From Cyanophora paradoxa CCMP329 (taxonomy: Eukaryota; Plantae; Glaucophyta), in NCBI GenBank assembly GCA_004431415.1, contig QPMI01000541.1:1-62602 (forward strand): DNA of 62,602 nt, written 5' to 3'. Under the pieces are notes generated by a model, which was not told the origin of the DNA, ran no database searches, and was given only the letters and a program-made list of their open reading frames with translations. Positions 13,111 to 24,640 of the stretch are shown piece after piece. Numbering within the stretch: position 1 is the stretch's first letter; each line of letters opens with the position of its first letter. Made by a program: the position numbers and the translations under genes.

Positions 13111-13635
13111 GAAGGAAGGCTCCAAATTAAAGGGCAGCTGCAGGGTCCGACGCCGGCGGGGCCGGGCGGCTTCAGCCGCAGGGCTGGCGATCGCGACCCG
13201 GGGCCGCCCCCCGGCCCGCCTTAAGCTTCCACCTCCCTCTCTTCTCCTTCTCAGATCTATAGTAGTCTATATAAATAGCTAGGCCTGTCGCGGCGAAGTC
13301 TTGAAGGGCGTATACGTACTCACGCACACACCGGCCAGACTCATATGCATCACCCGAAAATTCGACTTAACTACGATTAATAGAGCGGAGCTAGAGCTTA
13401 CTTTATTAATAAAGTAAGCTCTCAGCGCGTGCCTCCCGGGTCCAGATCTCCTTCGCAAAGACCCTGAGGCGAGAGGAGGGCGGCGAATATTGCCGCGAAC
13501 AGGTACAGTGGAGAGAGGGCCGACTATAGCTAGGAATGAATCAAGGCTGAAATTTCAAAACAAAATAATGATCATGAAGGGCTGGGGCTTCAACCACAAT
13601 AAATAGTACCGCAGCGCCCTCCGCCCTAAAACGCC

Positions 13636-15511
13636 TCAGCGCCTCTCCCTGGCGAAGGCGAGGATGGCGGCGAAGGCGGCCGCGAGGTGGAAGGCCGCCA
13701 TCAGCGCCAGCGCCACGAAGTTCCCTGGGGGGGGGGGAGGCGGCTCAGGTGAGCGGGGGCGGGGGGCGGGGAGGGGGCCGCGGGCGCACGGGCGACGGTC
13801 TCGTGGGCGAGGCCGAAGGTGGCCGACACGAGCAGCTCCCCCGAGATCGACACCGACGGCAGCGGCTCCTGCACGAGGGGCAGGGCGGGGCGGGGCGGGG
13901 CGAGGGCGGGGCGGGGGCGGTCAGCCGCGGGGCGGTCGTGCGGCAGCGCTCTGGCGGGCGGACCTGCGCGATGCTGACTGTGGAGCCCTGTTGATGGAAA
14001 GATCGCGTCAGATAGGGAACTGTAAGAATCAAAGGCTCTAAAGCTTGGGGACCTGGAACTCGGTGGTCATCCAGATCTCGAAGGCGTAGCGGAAGGGCGA
14101 GAGCCACGGGACCCACCGCAGCCACGGCTTGATGCTGCGGGGGGTACAGGTTAGCAGGGGGGAAGGGCGGGGCGGGGGCAGGGGGGGTATTGCCTGTAGA
14201 ACTGGACGAGGGACCCCCCGAAGAACAGCGCGAGGAGGAGGGTCTGCGGCGAGGGAAAGTTGAGCGAGGGTGGGGGAAATAGAGACGGGGGGTACGCGCG
14301 CACGATGCCGGCGACGGCGGAGGCGACGGAGGGGGACGGGGCCGCCGAGGAGACGACGAGGCAGATCGCCACGACGCAGACGTAGAGCAGGCACAGGGCG
14401 CACAGGAAGACGAAGAAGCGGCCCGCCTCTGCGGAGGGGGTATCGGAATTTGGAATGACAAGAAAGGAAAGGGGGGTACGCGGCACCGTAGGAGAGGCCG
14501 GAGATGAAGTAGAGGGGTAGGCCGAAGAGGAGGGCGGGGAAGAGGCGGAGGGGTACGATGTCAAACAGGACCTGCGAGAGGGGGCAAGGCTCGGAGGGGG
14601 TACGCGATGAAAGGGGATCGGAGGGGGGTACCTTGGTGAGGAAGTAGGCGAGGGGGGAGTACGAGCCCGCGGCGCGCTCGCGCACGAACACGAGCCGCTC
14701 GGCGGCGACTGCAGTTTGGGGGGTACGGGGTTAAAAGGGCGCGGGGTGCGGGGGTGCAGGGGGCGCGGGGGTACGTGTTTCGAGGGAGGAGAGGGAGGCG
14801 AAGGAGACGAAGACGGAGGAGAAGAAAAAGAGGCCCGCGCGGTTCTGGATCGATACCAGGTCGTTCCCGATCCTGGGGGGAAGAGCGTCAGGGGGGTACG
14901 AGAACGAAGCGGATGGTGTACGCGGCACCGGAGGAAGGCGAGGCCGCAGAGGATTCCGACGAGGAGGGATACGGCGGCGTTGACCTGCGGGGGGTACGCG
15001 GTACGCTGTTCGGAGGGGGTACAGAGATCCGGGGGTACATGGAATCTCACTCGCCTTCAGGAGCACGGAGTTTCGGGCTGTGAGGAGGGCGGCGCGGCGC
15101 GAGAAGAGCGCCAGTTGCTGCCCGAAGGAGGCCCCCTTGGGGGGTACCTCGAACTCCACCTGGGGGGGTATAAATTGAAGGAGGACAGGGTGCCGGGCGG
15201 GCGGGCGGTGGGGGCTCGCCTCGGGGTGCGTGGCCCCGGGTGGGTCCGCGCCGCCCTTCCCAGCGCCCGCCGCTCGCGCGGCGGCCTGCGCGGCCGTCGG
15301 AGACCGGAGCGGAGTATGGGGGGAGGAGGGTGGGGGGGGGGGGGTACCGCGGCCGCGAGGATGCGCCCCTTCGTCTCCTCGTCGCCCCCCGTCATCGCGT
15401 CCACTGCGACGGAACGGCTCGAGGCTCCGGGGAAAGGGAGGGAGGGGGGTACCGCAACAACAAAATAAGCGCACGGGTGGCGTCGGCGATGTGGGAGGCG
15501 GGGGGCGCCAC
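13636..15511 (-). pseudogene. Inverted, 5'-truncated duplicate of the ABCG gene 3' half (membrane-domain exons, no ATPase exons)
   Basis: Reverse complement aligns exon-by-exon and intron-by-intron with 21420-23303 (VAPPASHIAD..., FVRERAAGSYSPLAYFLTK, WLSPFRYAFEIWMTTEFQ, ...FARERR*). Confidence 0.8.
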
Positions 15512-15692
15512 TTGCGTGAGCCGGATGATGGATGGATTCGTCTGGGCCCGGAATCTGCGATCGGGGGCCGCCACCGCCCCGCCACCCCCCCCCCCCCCCC
15601 CCCCCACCCCACACCCCCCCCCCACACCCCCTTGCAGTGCCCATTTACGCTTATCGTACTTAAAATTATGAAGCAAGCAACATAGGCGCGGG

Positions 15693-17501
15693 CTACTCGT
15701 AGGAGACCTTCGTGTGGAGGAGCAGCAGCTCGAGGGCCCCCCGCGAGGGCGCGTCGAGCGCCGCCGGCGCCTTGTCGCAGAGGACGAGCTGGAGGCCGCG
15801 GAGGCGCCCGAGCGAGGCGACGGCCTCCATTTCCTCGGGGAAGGGCAGCGGGGAGTGGAGGGCGAGCTTCTTGAGGCTCGGAACGTCGGTGCTGAGACGC
15901 TGCACGGGAAGAAGATGGCTTTGAGCACAGGATTTCGCGATCAGCTCTTTTAGAGCGCGCACCTTTAAAAAGGCGCCAGGAACTGTCGGAGCTTCGCGAC
16001 CAGCTGCAGAATTCGGAACGCAGGCGACGGCCACTTTTCTCAAGAAGGTCAACTGCTTGAGCGGCTGCTGGGCGAGCACGGAGATGAAGCTTCTGGGCGA
16101 GCTATAAATGTCCAGCGTCTGCGTTATATTAGACGTCATTACACAGATTAAAAATTGCAGCTCCAAGACCCTAATGATGGGCCGCCGGGCTTTGCGAACC
16201 TCGAGATTGGAGAGCTGCGGGACCACTGATGCGAGCGACGCCGCAGAGGCGTCGTTGAGTTCCGACAGAAAGAACGCTGCCGACTGCAGGCTCCCAGCAA
16301 CCGAAAGGAGAGGCGAGAAGTCCACTCCCTGTGTCGTGGTCAAGAATACGGACCGCAGCTGCTTCATGCCGCCGAGGAAGCCGATGTCGCTTTGCAGGAT
16401 ACCGCTCCAGTAAGCTGATACGGTCCGATAAGACGAACTTGTAATTGATCACAAAATAACTAATTATATAAATATCAAACATAGACAAAACTCGAGATCT
16501 CTGACCTCGCAGTTGAAAGAGGCCAGAGAGCGCTTCAGAATCGGCTTGAGAGGTGCGCAGAAGCCTACACATGGATTGTCCTTGACGATTGAATGCGGTG
16601 ATCGAAAGATGTTTGAGCTTTTTGAAGGCCGCCACTGCCGAAAAGGCTGGCGCTGGCGAGCCGTTTTCCTCCAGACAGAAAACAACGCTCAGATGGCGGA
16701 GAGTGGAGGCCAGCGGGACGAGGGACTGGAGCGTCTTCGGGAGCAAGGGAAGCCTAATTATATAAGGCAACATCACTGAGTCAGCAGTCAGTCAGCATGA
16801 TGACCAGAAAACCCATTACCTTGTGTCCAGAATTTCCAGCGGAAGCGATTCTGCAGTTCTCAGGGCGCCCTGCACAAGCGGGCCCGTCATCTCCTGGATG
16901 TTCTGCTTGAGCCACGTATCCGACTCGCAGTCCATGCGCAACTGAGGGAGAGGGAAAAGCATTCAGAACTTGCAGCCGAGGCTGCCGGTGCCTGCAGCTG
17001 CACCTGTCGGAGGTTCGGGAAGTGGGAGAGACCTGTGAGCACGTGGGGCGAAAGGGCGTCCCCGAAAATTAGGCGCAGAGCTGTGAGCTGGCTGCCGGCC
17101 ACTTTGCAGATCTGCTTGAAGCCATCGATGCTGAGTGTGCCACCCCGCAGAGACAGCGACCGCAACGCCTTTCGCTGCTTCTCAGGCCGCTGGAGAAGCA
17201 TTGCGACGGACGCATTGCTGGCCTGATTGATGTGGATGTGCCGCCACAGGCTGGGCTGCTGGGCGAGGCTGCGGAAGCGGCGGCAGACGTGGCTGAGCTG
17301 CACGAGCTTGGACAGCTGCAGCTCTAGATCTTCATCATCTTGGTCACTTGCGCTGCTGTGCGACGATTCGACGACGTCGTTGGAACTCTCTATAAGATCT
17401 AGTTCTCGCAACCAAGAACTTTCCGATGCCGAAGCCTGTCCGATAATGCGCGTGGCGAGCTCGTCTGGCAGCGCGTCGAACGGGCTGCCGCCGGCTGCCA
17501 T
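15693..17501 (-). CDS. F-box protein with C-terminal LRR-like region (multi-exon)
   Basis: MAAGGSPFDALPDELATRII...LSHVCRRFRSLAQQPSLWRHI is an F-box signature, followed by LxxLxL repeats (LRSLSL, LTALRL, LRHLSV, LKHLSI). Stop after ...LHTKVSYE at 15693. Confidence 0.8.
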
Positions 17502-18009
17502 CGCCGCCTCCACGGACCCCGCGACGTCGACAGCGCCGGCGGCTGCACGGCTCGCATCAGATGCTAGATGGGCTTGTAAATACGGATGCTTATAATTATG
17601 TGCGCGTGGGCGCACCGGCACCGGTACCGCGGCCGGTGCAATGTGAAGGCGCGCGGCTGTTCTGCGAGTCGCCGCCACTGCCATCGGTACCTGCGAAGTG
17701 AAATCCGGAAAGCACTGAGTAAGAAGCGCGCGACGTCGGCCGCGGTGCCGGCCGCGCGCGGCGCCGGAGGCAAGTGGAAAGTTCGAGAAGCGGACCCGTA
17801 TGCGTCGCCTCTCCGGTGCGCGCCCGCTTCGTCTCCCGCTCGCTCTCCATGTCGCCGAGTCGACTAACTGCTGCTAACCGCCGCAACGGCCGTCTTAACT
17901 GCCTGCGATGCGCCCGGCACTGGGCCGGCAGGCCTAGGGGGGTACCGCGGCCGCCACGTTTCCTTTGACCCGCGCCGAGCTCCGACTGCGCTGCCGGCGG
18001 TCAGGAGCG

Positions 18010-21000
18010 ATGTGGTCGGTGCGCCTGCTGGCGCTTGCCTGCCTCGCGCTGGCGGCGCTAGCAGCGTGCCCCAACAGCTTCGTCTCCTGCGCCCGCGGCC
18101 GCCTGTCGGACGACTGCAACCGCTGCCTCTGCCCCGCGGGCTTCACCGGCATCCGATGCGACAGTGAGTGCATCTTTGGAGCGCTTTTATCTCCACCGCC
18201 GCGCCCAGCGCGCCGCGAAAGTTGCGCTGTAAGGCAGCCCAGCGCGCTGGGCCGCGCCGCTAGACAGCCCTTGACTTAGCAGCCAGCAGCCCTCCCGCGC
18301 TGCGGCCCGCCGGCCCGCTGCTGCCGTTCCGCTGCGCCTGCAGCTGCCGCAGCCGCAGCCGTCGCTCACACACACACGGCCGCCCGCAGTCTGCACGTCG
18401 GACGCGGCGTGCGAGGGCGGCGGCCTGCCGGGCCTCGCGGAGCCGCAGAAGTGCCTGGGCGCGTTCTTCCTCCACCAGGAGGCCGCCTTCGACTGCGACG
18501 GCGGTGCGTCGGGCCCGGCCCGGAAAGAGCCTCTTCCCGGCTAGAGATTGGGCTCCCCCCTACAGAGCGTGCGCGCGCTGACCCCGCTCGGGTCAGATGG
18601 CTTCATGTCACTGATCAACAGTTACTGGGCGACGCTGAGCTGCGCGCGGGCGGCGCGGACCTGCCGCTTCGTGGCCTACTTCCCGGGCCGGAACGTCCTC
18701 TCTGGGACCGGGACCACGATGCGCTTCTTCTTCTGCGACATGGTCGAGGCCCAGACCTTCCTCGGCGCGCTCACCTGAGCCCGAGCCCGAGCCCGGGACG
18801 CGCCTGACGCGCCGCCGCAGACCCCGTGACGCTCCTCTTCACGGCCAAGTCGGCCTCGACGCGCTGTAAGTGCGAGCACCCGGACTGCGACATCACCCCC
18901 TTCCGTGCGGCCCCGTACCCCCCTGCCCCCTGCCCCCCTCCCTCTTCCCCTGACGGTGAAGACGTACCCCCCCTCCCGCCCCCCCACCTCGCGCAGTGGA
19001 GCCGGTGACGAAGCCAGCGACCCTCACGTGCAACCAGACGGCCGGGACCTGCGCATTCCTCCGTACCCCCCTTCCCTTTCCCGCCCCCGCCCCCGGCATC
19101 CCGTGACGTACCCCCCCTACAGAGCCCGACCTGCCGTCGATCATTGGTCCCGAGGGGATCAAGGTCGCGTGCCCGCGGCGCGCGAACTGCGTACCCCGCT
19201 CCGCCATCCCCGCCGCCCTCCTCGCCTCTGCCGGTCCGTCCTGGCGCCCTCCCCCCCTCCCTCCCTTCCGCAGCTTTTGATCGGGGGTCGTGTCGTTCGC
19301 CACAGGCGGCCAGGCGGGCGGCGACGGCGCCGCCGCCGCCGGTGGGGCCTCCAATCCGCTTCTCGACGGCCGCTCCTCCGGGAGCGCCTGGAACACGGGC
19401 CTGGTCCTCGTCCTCGCCATCGGGGTACCCATCGTCGCCGCCGCCGCCGCCGCCACCGCCCTCCTCGCCCTCGCGCCCTTCCCCTGTGCGTCCGTCCCTT
19501 CCAAAGGCTGCGTCCCGCCCCGGCCCGCCCCGCCTCGCGCTGACGAGGGCCGCCGGCACAGGGCGCTCTAGATCTGTCATGGCAGCGGGGAAGGTGCGCA
19601 CCACGCCAACAACAACTCCGCCCCTGTATCCCTCTTCATCTCCTGCGCCTTGAGTTCTCTTTGTTCAGGTCGGCTCCTCGGGGGCGGGGGGCGCGCCCCC
19701 GCCGGCATCCGTCTCCGTCCACATAGGACCCTCCGGGCCCGAGGGGGAAGGACCCCTTCCCGACGCGGACGGCCCCCCCGCCCGTGCCCTCCCTTCCCCC
19801 CACCCCCCGCCCGCCCCCTCCTCTTCTTTGCCTTAGCCGCGTCGCTCCTTCCCTCTCGTTTGCCTCAGAGCGGACGCACTCCGTCGAGTTCGACGACCTC
19901 TGCTGCTTCGCCGCGGCGCCCCGCGCCGGCTTCCCCCCCTTCCGCCCCCGCCCCCGCCCGCCCCGCGGCGACCAGGTGCTTACCCTCCTTCTCCTGCTCC
20001 GTCCCATCTGATCTGACTCGCCTCCCCCCCTTCCCCCCCAGCTGCTGTTCGGGGTATGGGGCAAGGCCGGCCCGGGAGAGCTCCTCGCGATCATGGGCGA
20101 GAGCGGCGCCGTGCGCCCCCCGCTCAGATCAGATCATATCTGATCCGATCTGATCTAATCTGATCTGATCCGATTGTAGGGCAAGACGACCCTGCTCGAC
20201 TGCGTCTCCGGCCGCAAGACCACGGGGTACGCATAATCCTTTCCATTCCCTCTCCCCCCCCGCTCCTCCTCCTTTCCAACTTCGCCGATTCCTGTACCCC
20301 CCACCCCGCAGGACCGTCTCGGGCCGCTTCCTCCTCGACGGCCACCCCGTATCCCCCGCCCACATCCGCGCCGCCTCGGGGTACGCCTCGTTTGTTTCAT
20401 TTTGTTTCCTGTACCCCCTCCTGATCCCGCGTACCCCCCAGATACGTCCAGCAGCAGCAGGACGAGCTGTCGGCGCTCCTCACCGTCCGCGAGGTCCCGC
20501 ACCCCCCTCCCGAACGCCGTACCACCCCCCCGCCCGTCCCTGAGGCGCCGCTGGCAGGCGCTCTCGTTCGCTGCGCTGCTGCGGATGCCGCGGGCCGTAC
20601 CCCGGGAGCAGAAGCTCGCGAGGGTGCGCGGGCCCGTCCACGCACCCGGCCACGGCCCCCGGCTCCGAGGCTCACGGGCGAGCTTCTGCTCCCGGGGCCC
20701 GGACAGGCGGAGGAGGTGATGCGGGGGCTGGACCTCGAGCACGCCGCCGACCGCCGCATCGGCGGCGCCCTCTCCCGCGGCATCTCCGGCGGTGCCCGCT
20801 TCTCGTTTCTCTTTCCTTCTGGCGCCGCCACTCTCTGAAAGCGGCCCCGCGCGCTCATGCGATCAGGTGAGCGGCGCCGGGTCGGCATCGGGCAGGAGCT
20901 CGTCACCTCGCCCCCCCTCCTCTTCCTCGACGAGGTACCCGTGCCCCCGCGCGCCTGTACCCCGTGCCCAGGCTCACCGGTACCCCCATCTTCGTTCGCA

Positions 21001-23303
21001 GCCAACGTCAGGCCTGGACGGGTACCACGCCGGGCAGCTCGTGCGGTCGCTCGCGGAGCTCGGCCGGGCGCGCCGCACCACCGTCGTCCTCACCATCCAC
21101 CAGGTCCGCGCTCGACTCCCCGCAGGGCCCGTTCGGATCTAGAGAAAGCAGAGAGCGCACCCTCACCCGGCCGCGAAAGCGCTGACTCCCTGCACCCCCC
21201 CCCTCCCCCCCCCCCTCCCCCCCCTCTTTCGTTCGCCCGCGCAGCCGCGCCCCTCGATCCTGGAGAGCGTATCGTCCCTCCTCCTGCTCTCCCGCGGCCG
21301 CGTCGTCTTCTCGGGCCCCGCCGCCCTCGCCGAGCCGTCCGCCCTCCTCTCTTTCCATCTTTTCTCCCCTTTCCTCACCTGACTTCGTTCGCAGTCACTT
21401 TCGGGAGCGCCTCGCGCTGGTGGCGCCCCCCGCCTCCCACATCGCCGACGCCGCCCGTGCGCTCTTTTTCTGTTGATGCGGTACCCCCCTCCATCTCCTT
21501 CAGTTCGTAGCATTGAGCCGTTTTTGCGCAGTGGACGCGATGACGGGCGGCGACGAGGAGACGAAGGGGCGCATCCTCGCGGCGGCGGTACCCCTCTCCC
21601 CCTTCCTCCCCTCCCCCTACCCCACTCCGGCCTCCGACGGCCACGCAGGCCGCCGCGCGAGCGGCGGGCGCTGGGAAGGGCGGCGCGGACCCACCCGGGG
21701 CCACGCACCCCGAGGCGAGTCCCCGCCGCCCGCCCGCCCGGCACCCTGTACATGTCCTCCTTCAACTTATTCCCCCCCCAGGTGGAGTTCGAGGTACCCC
21801 CCAAGGGGGCCTCCTTCGGGCAGCAGCTTGCGCTCCTCTCGCGCCGCGCCGCCCTCCTCACCGCCCGAAACTCCGCCCTCCTGAAGGCGAGAGATTCCAC
21901 GTACCCCCGGATCTCTGTACCCCCTCCGAACAGCGTGCCGCGTACCCCCCGCAGGTCAACGCCGCCGTATCCCTCCTCGTCGGAATTCTCTGCGGCCTCG
22001 CCTTCCTCCGGTGCAGCGTACCCCTTTCGCTTCGGTCTCGTACCCCCCTGACGCTCTTACCCCCCCCCCCCCCCCCCCCCAGGATCGGGAACGATCTGGT
22101 ATCGATTCAGAACCGCGCGGGCCTCTTTTTCTTCTCCTCCGTCTTCGTCTCGTTCGCCTCCCTCTCCTCCCTCGAAACACGTACCCCCGCGCCCCCTGCA
22201 CCCCCGCACCCCGCGCCCTTTTAACCCCGTACCCCCCAAACTGCAGTCGCCGCCGAGCGGCTTGTGTTCGTGCGCGAGCGCGCCGCGGGCTCGTACTCCC
22301 CCCTCGCCTACTTCCTCACCAAGGCACCCCCCTCCGATCCCCCTTCATCACGTACGCCCTCCGAGCCTCGCCCCTACGCAGGTCCTGTTCGACATCGTAC
22401 CCCTCCGCCTCTTCCCCGCCCTCCTCTTCGGCCTACCCCTCTACTTCATCTCCGGCCTCTCCTACGGTGCCGCGTACCCCCTTTCCCTTCCCATTCGTCT
22501 AAATTCCGATACCCCTCCGTAGAGGCGGGCCGCTTCTTCGTCTTCCTGTGCGCCCTGTGCCTGCTCTACGTCTGCGTCGTGGCGATCTGCCTCGTCGTCT
22601 CCTCCGCGACCCCGTCCCCCTCCGTCGCCTCCGCCGTCGCCGGCATCGTGCGCGCGTACCCCCCGTCTCTCTACCCGTGTCATTCCCCCCACCCTCCTTC
22701 ACCACAGACCCTCCTCCTCGCGCTGTTCTTTGGCGGCTCCCTCGTCCAGTCCGACAGGCGATACCCCCCCCCCTACCCCCGCCCCGCCCTTCCCCCCTGC
22801 TAACGTGTACCCCCCCGCAGCATCAAGCCGTGGCTGCGGTGGGTCCCGTGGCTCTCGCCCTTCCGCTACGCCTTCGAGATCTGGATGACCACCGAGTTCC
22901 AGGTCCCCAGGCTTTAGAGCCTTTGATTCCTACAGTTCCCTGTCTGACGTCGACGCGATCCTTCCGTCAACAGGGCTCCACAGTCAGCATCGCGCAGGTC
23001 CGTCCGCCGGAGCGCTGCCGCCCGACCGCCCGGCGACTGACCGCCCCCGCCCCGCCCCGCGCACAGGAGCCGCTGCCGTCGGTGTCGATCTCGGGGGAGC
23101 TGCTCGTGTCGGCCACCTTCGGCCTCGCCCACGAGACCGTCGCCCGTGCGCCCCGCCCGCCCCCGGCCCTCCCCGCCCCCGCTCACCTGAGCCGCCTCCC
23201 CCCCCCCCCCCCAGGGAACTTCGTGGTGCTGGCGCTGATGGCGGCCTTCCACCTCGCGGCCGCCTTCGCCGCCCTCCTCGCCTTCGCCAGGGAGAGGCGC
23301 TGA
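18010..23303 (+). CDS. ABCG half-transporter with N-terminal signal peptide and EGF-like domain (fungal ADP1-like architecture), many short introns
   Basis: Signal peptide MWSVRLLALACLALAALA; EGF CLCPAGFTGIRC; TM segment near 19400; Walker A GESGA|GKTT (20096-20190); signature ISGG|ERRR; Walker B LLFLDE|PTSGLD; H-loop TIHQ; ABC2 membrane motifs FVRERAAGSY and WLSPFRYAFE. Confidence 0.88.
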
Positions 23304-24640
23304 GGCGCTGAGGCGCCCGAGGGCAGAGGGCGAAGGCCGAAGGCCCCGGGCCCGACCCTCACGCTTCATTATTTTGTTTTGTGTTCTTTGCAATTGCCTG
23401 CAGCTGGGCCTGCCTTCAGAATTAGTGTACTTCTAGTGCTTGTCCGGATCCGCCTTCGCCGAGGAGATCCAGATCCGATGATCTAGAGGTGCTCGAGGGG
23501 ACCCGGGAGCTAGAGGAGGAGCTCGAGGGGAGCATGATCAACGGCTGGAATTCTGTTAACGCTGTGGCCCTAGGCCTCGCACCGACCCCCACAATTATCG
23601 TTCCCTGCCGTCGACGTCGTATTTAGTTCTTCTGTACTTTGGGATGAAGAGTCTTGTATGAAGAATCTGCCCTTCATGATCAAGACTTCGCCGCGCGCGG
23701 CGCCGGCAGACCTAGCGATCGCGAGGGGATCGCAGGGTCGCCAGCCCTGCCCTGCGCGCAGCTGAAGCCTGCGCATGCCAGGCTGGAGGAAAGTCGGACG
23801 CATACGTCGGGATCGCAGGTCGCCCGGCCAGCCCTGCCCTGCGCGAGCCCTGCCGCGAAGCCGGCGGAGCCGGCCCTGCCTGCGTACGTATACGCGTCGG
23901 GCGGGGCGTGCATGCGGGGAGGCAAGCCCGGGGAGGCGGCCCCGGCCCGGATCCGAGTCATCCGACGGTCGCCCTGTACATGTGCAGTGTGTACGGCGTG
24001 TCGGCCGGGCATGCGTACCCCCGGCCCCCTTTCGAGTTGGCTTGCCTTTTTTCTCACTTTCGAGTTGGCTTGCCTTTTTTTCTCAATCGACGTCGTCAAC
24101 GGGCCAACTCGAGCTGGCGAGCTCGCGGAGCCTCGCGCTGACCACAGTCAGACCACTGCTAGCGCTGCGCATGCAATACCGGAGCGGCGCCGCACCGCGG
24201 CGCGCGCTGCTGCCAGCTGCAGGCTGACACGATCGATGTCGTGGCTCGCGAGTCAGATTCGCGACCCCGCCGTCAGGTGCCTCGAGCGCTTGCCGCTGAG
24301 CTACCGGGGTAGCGCGCGCTCGGCGCGGACCGCGCGGGCTGCGCGCATGCGCGGGCGGCGCGCGCATGCACTAGCTACTGCAGGCTCGGCAGCTGCCACG
24401 TTTACCGTGCGCGTGCTGCAGCACGCACATGCACGCGCAGCCCGGCGCGCGCGCGCTCTAGCTCTAGACCAAGATCATCGGCTCTCAAATTCAAACCTTT
24501 ACGCACGTAGGCCCTGCATCTGGCTCCTGCGCATGCGGCGCTGCGCGCGCGCTCTAGATCTAGAGAACGCCAATTGTAAGCTTGAAGCCTTGAACTTCGG
24601 AAGGTACAGCCGCATGCACGCTGCGCAGCTGCAGCGCAGC

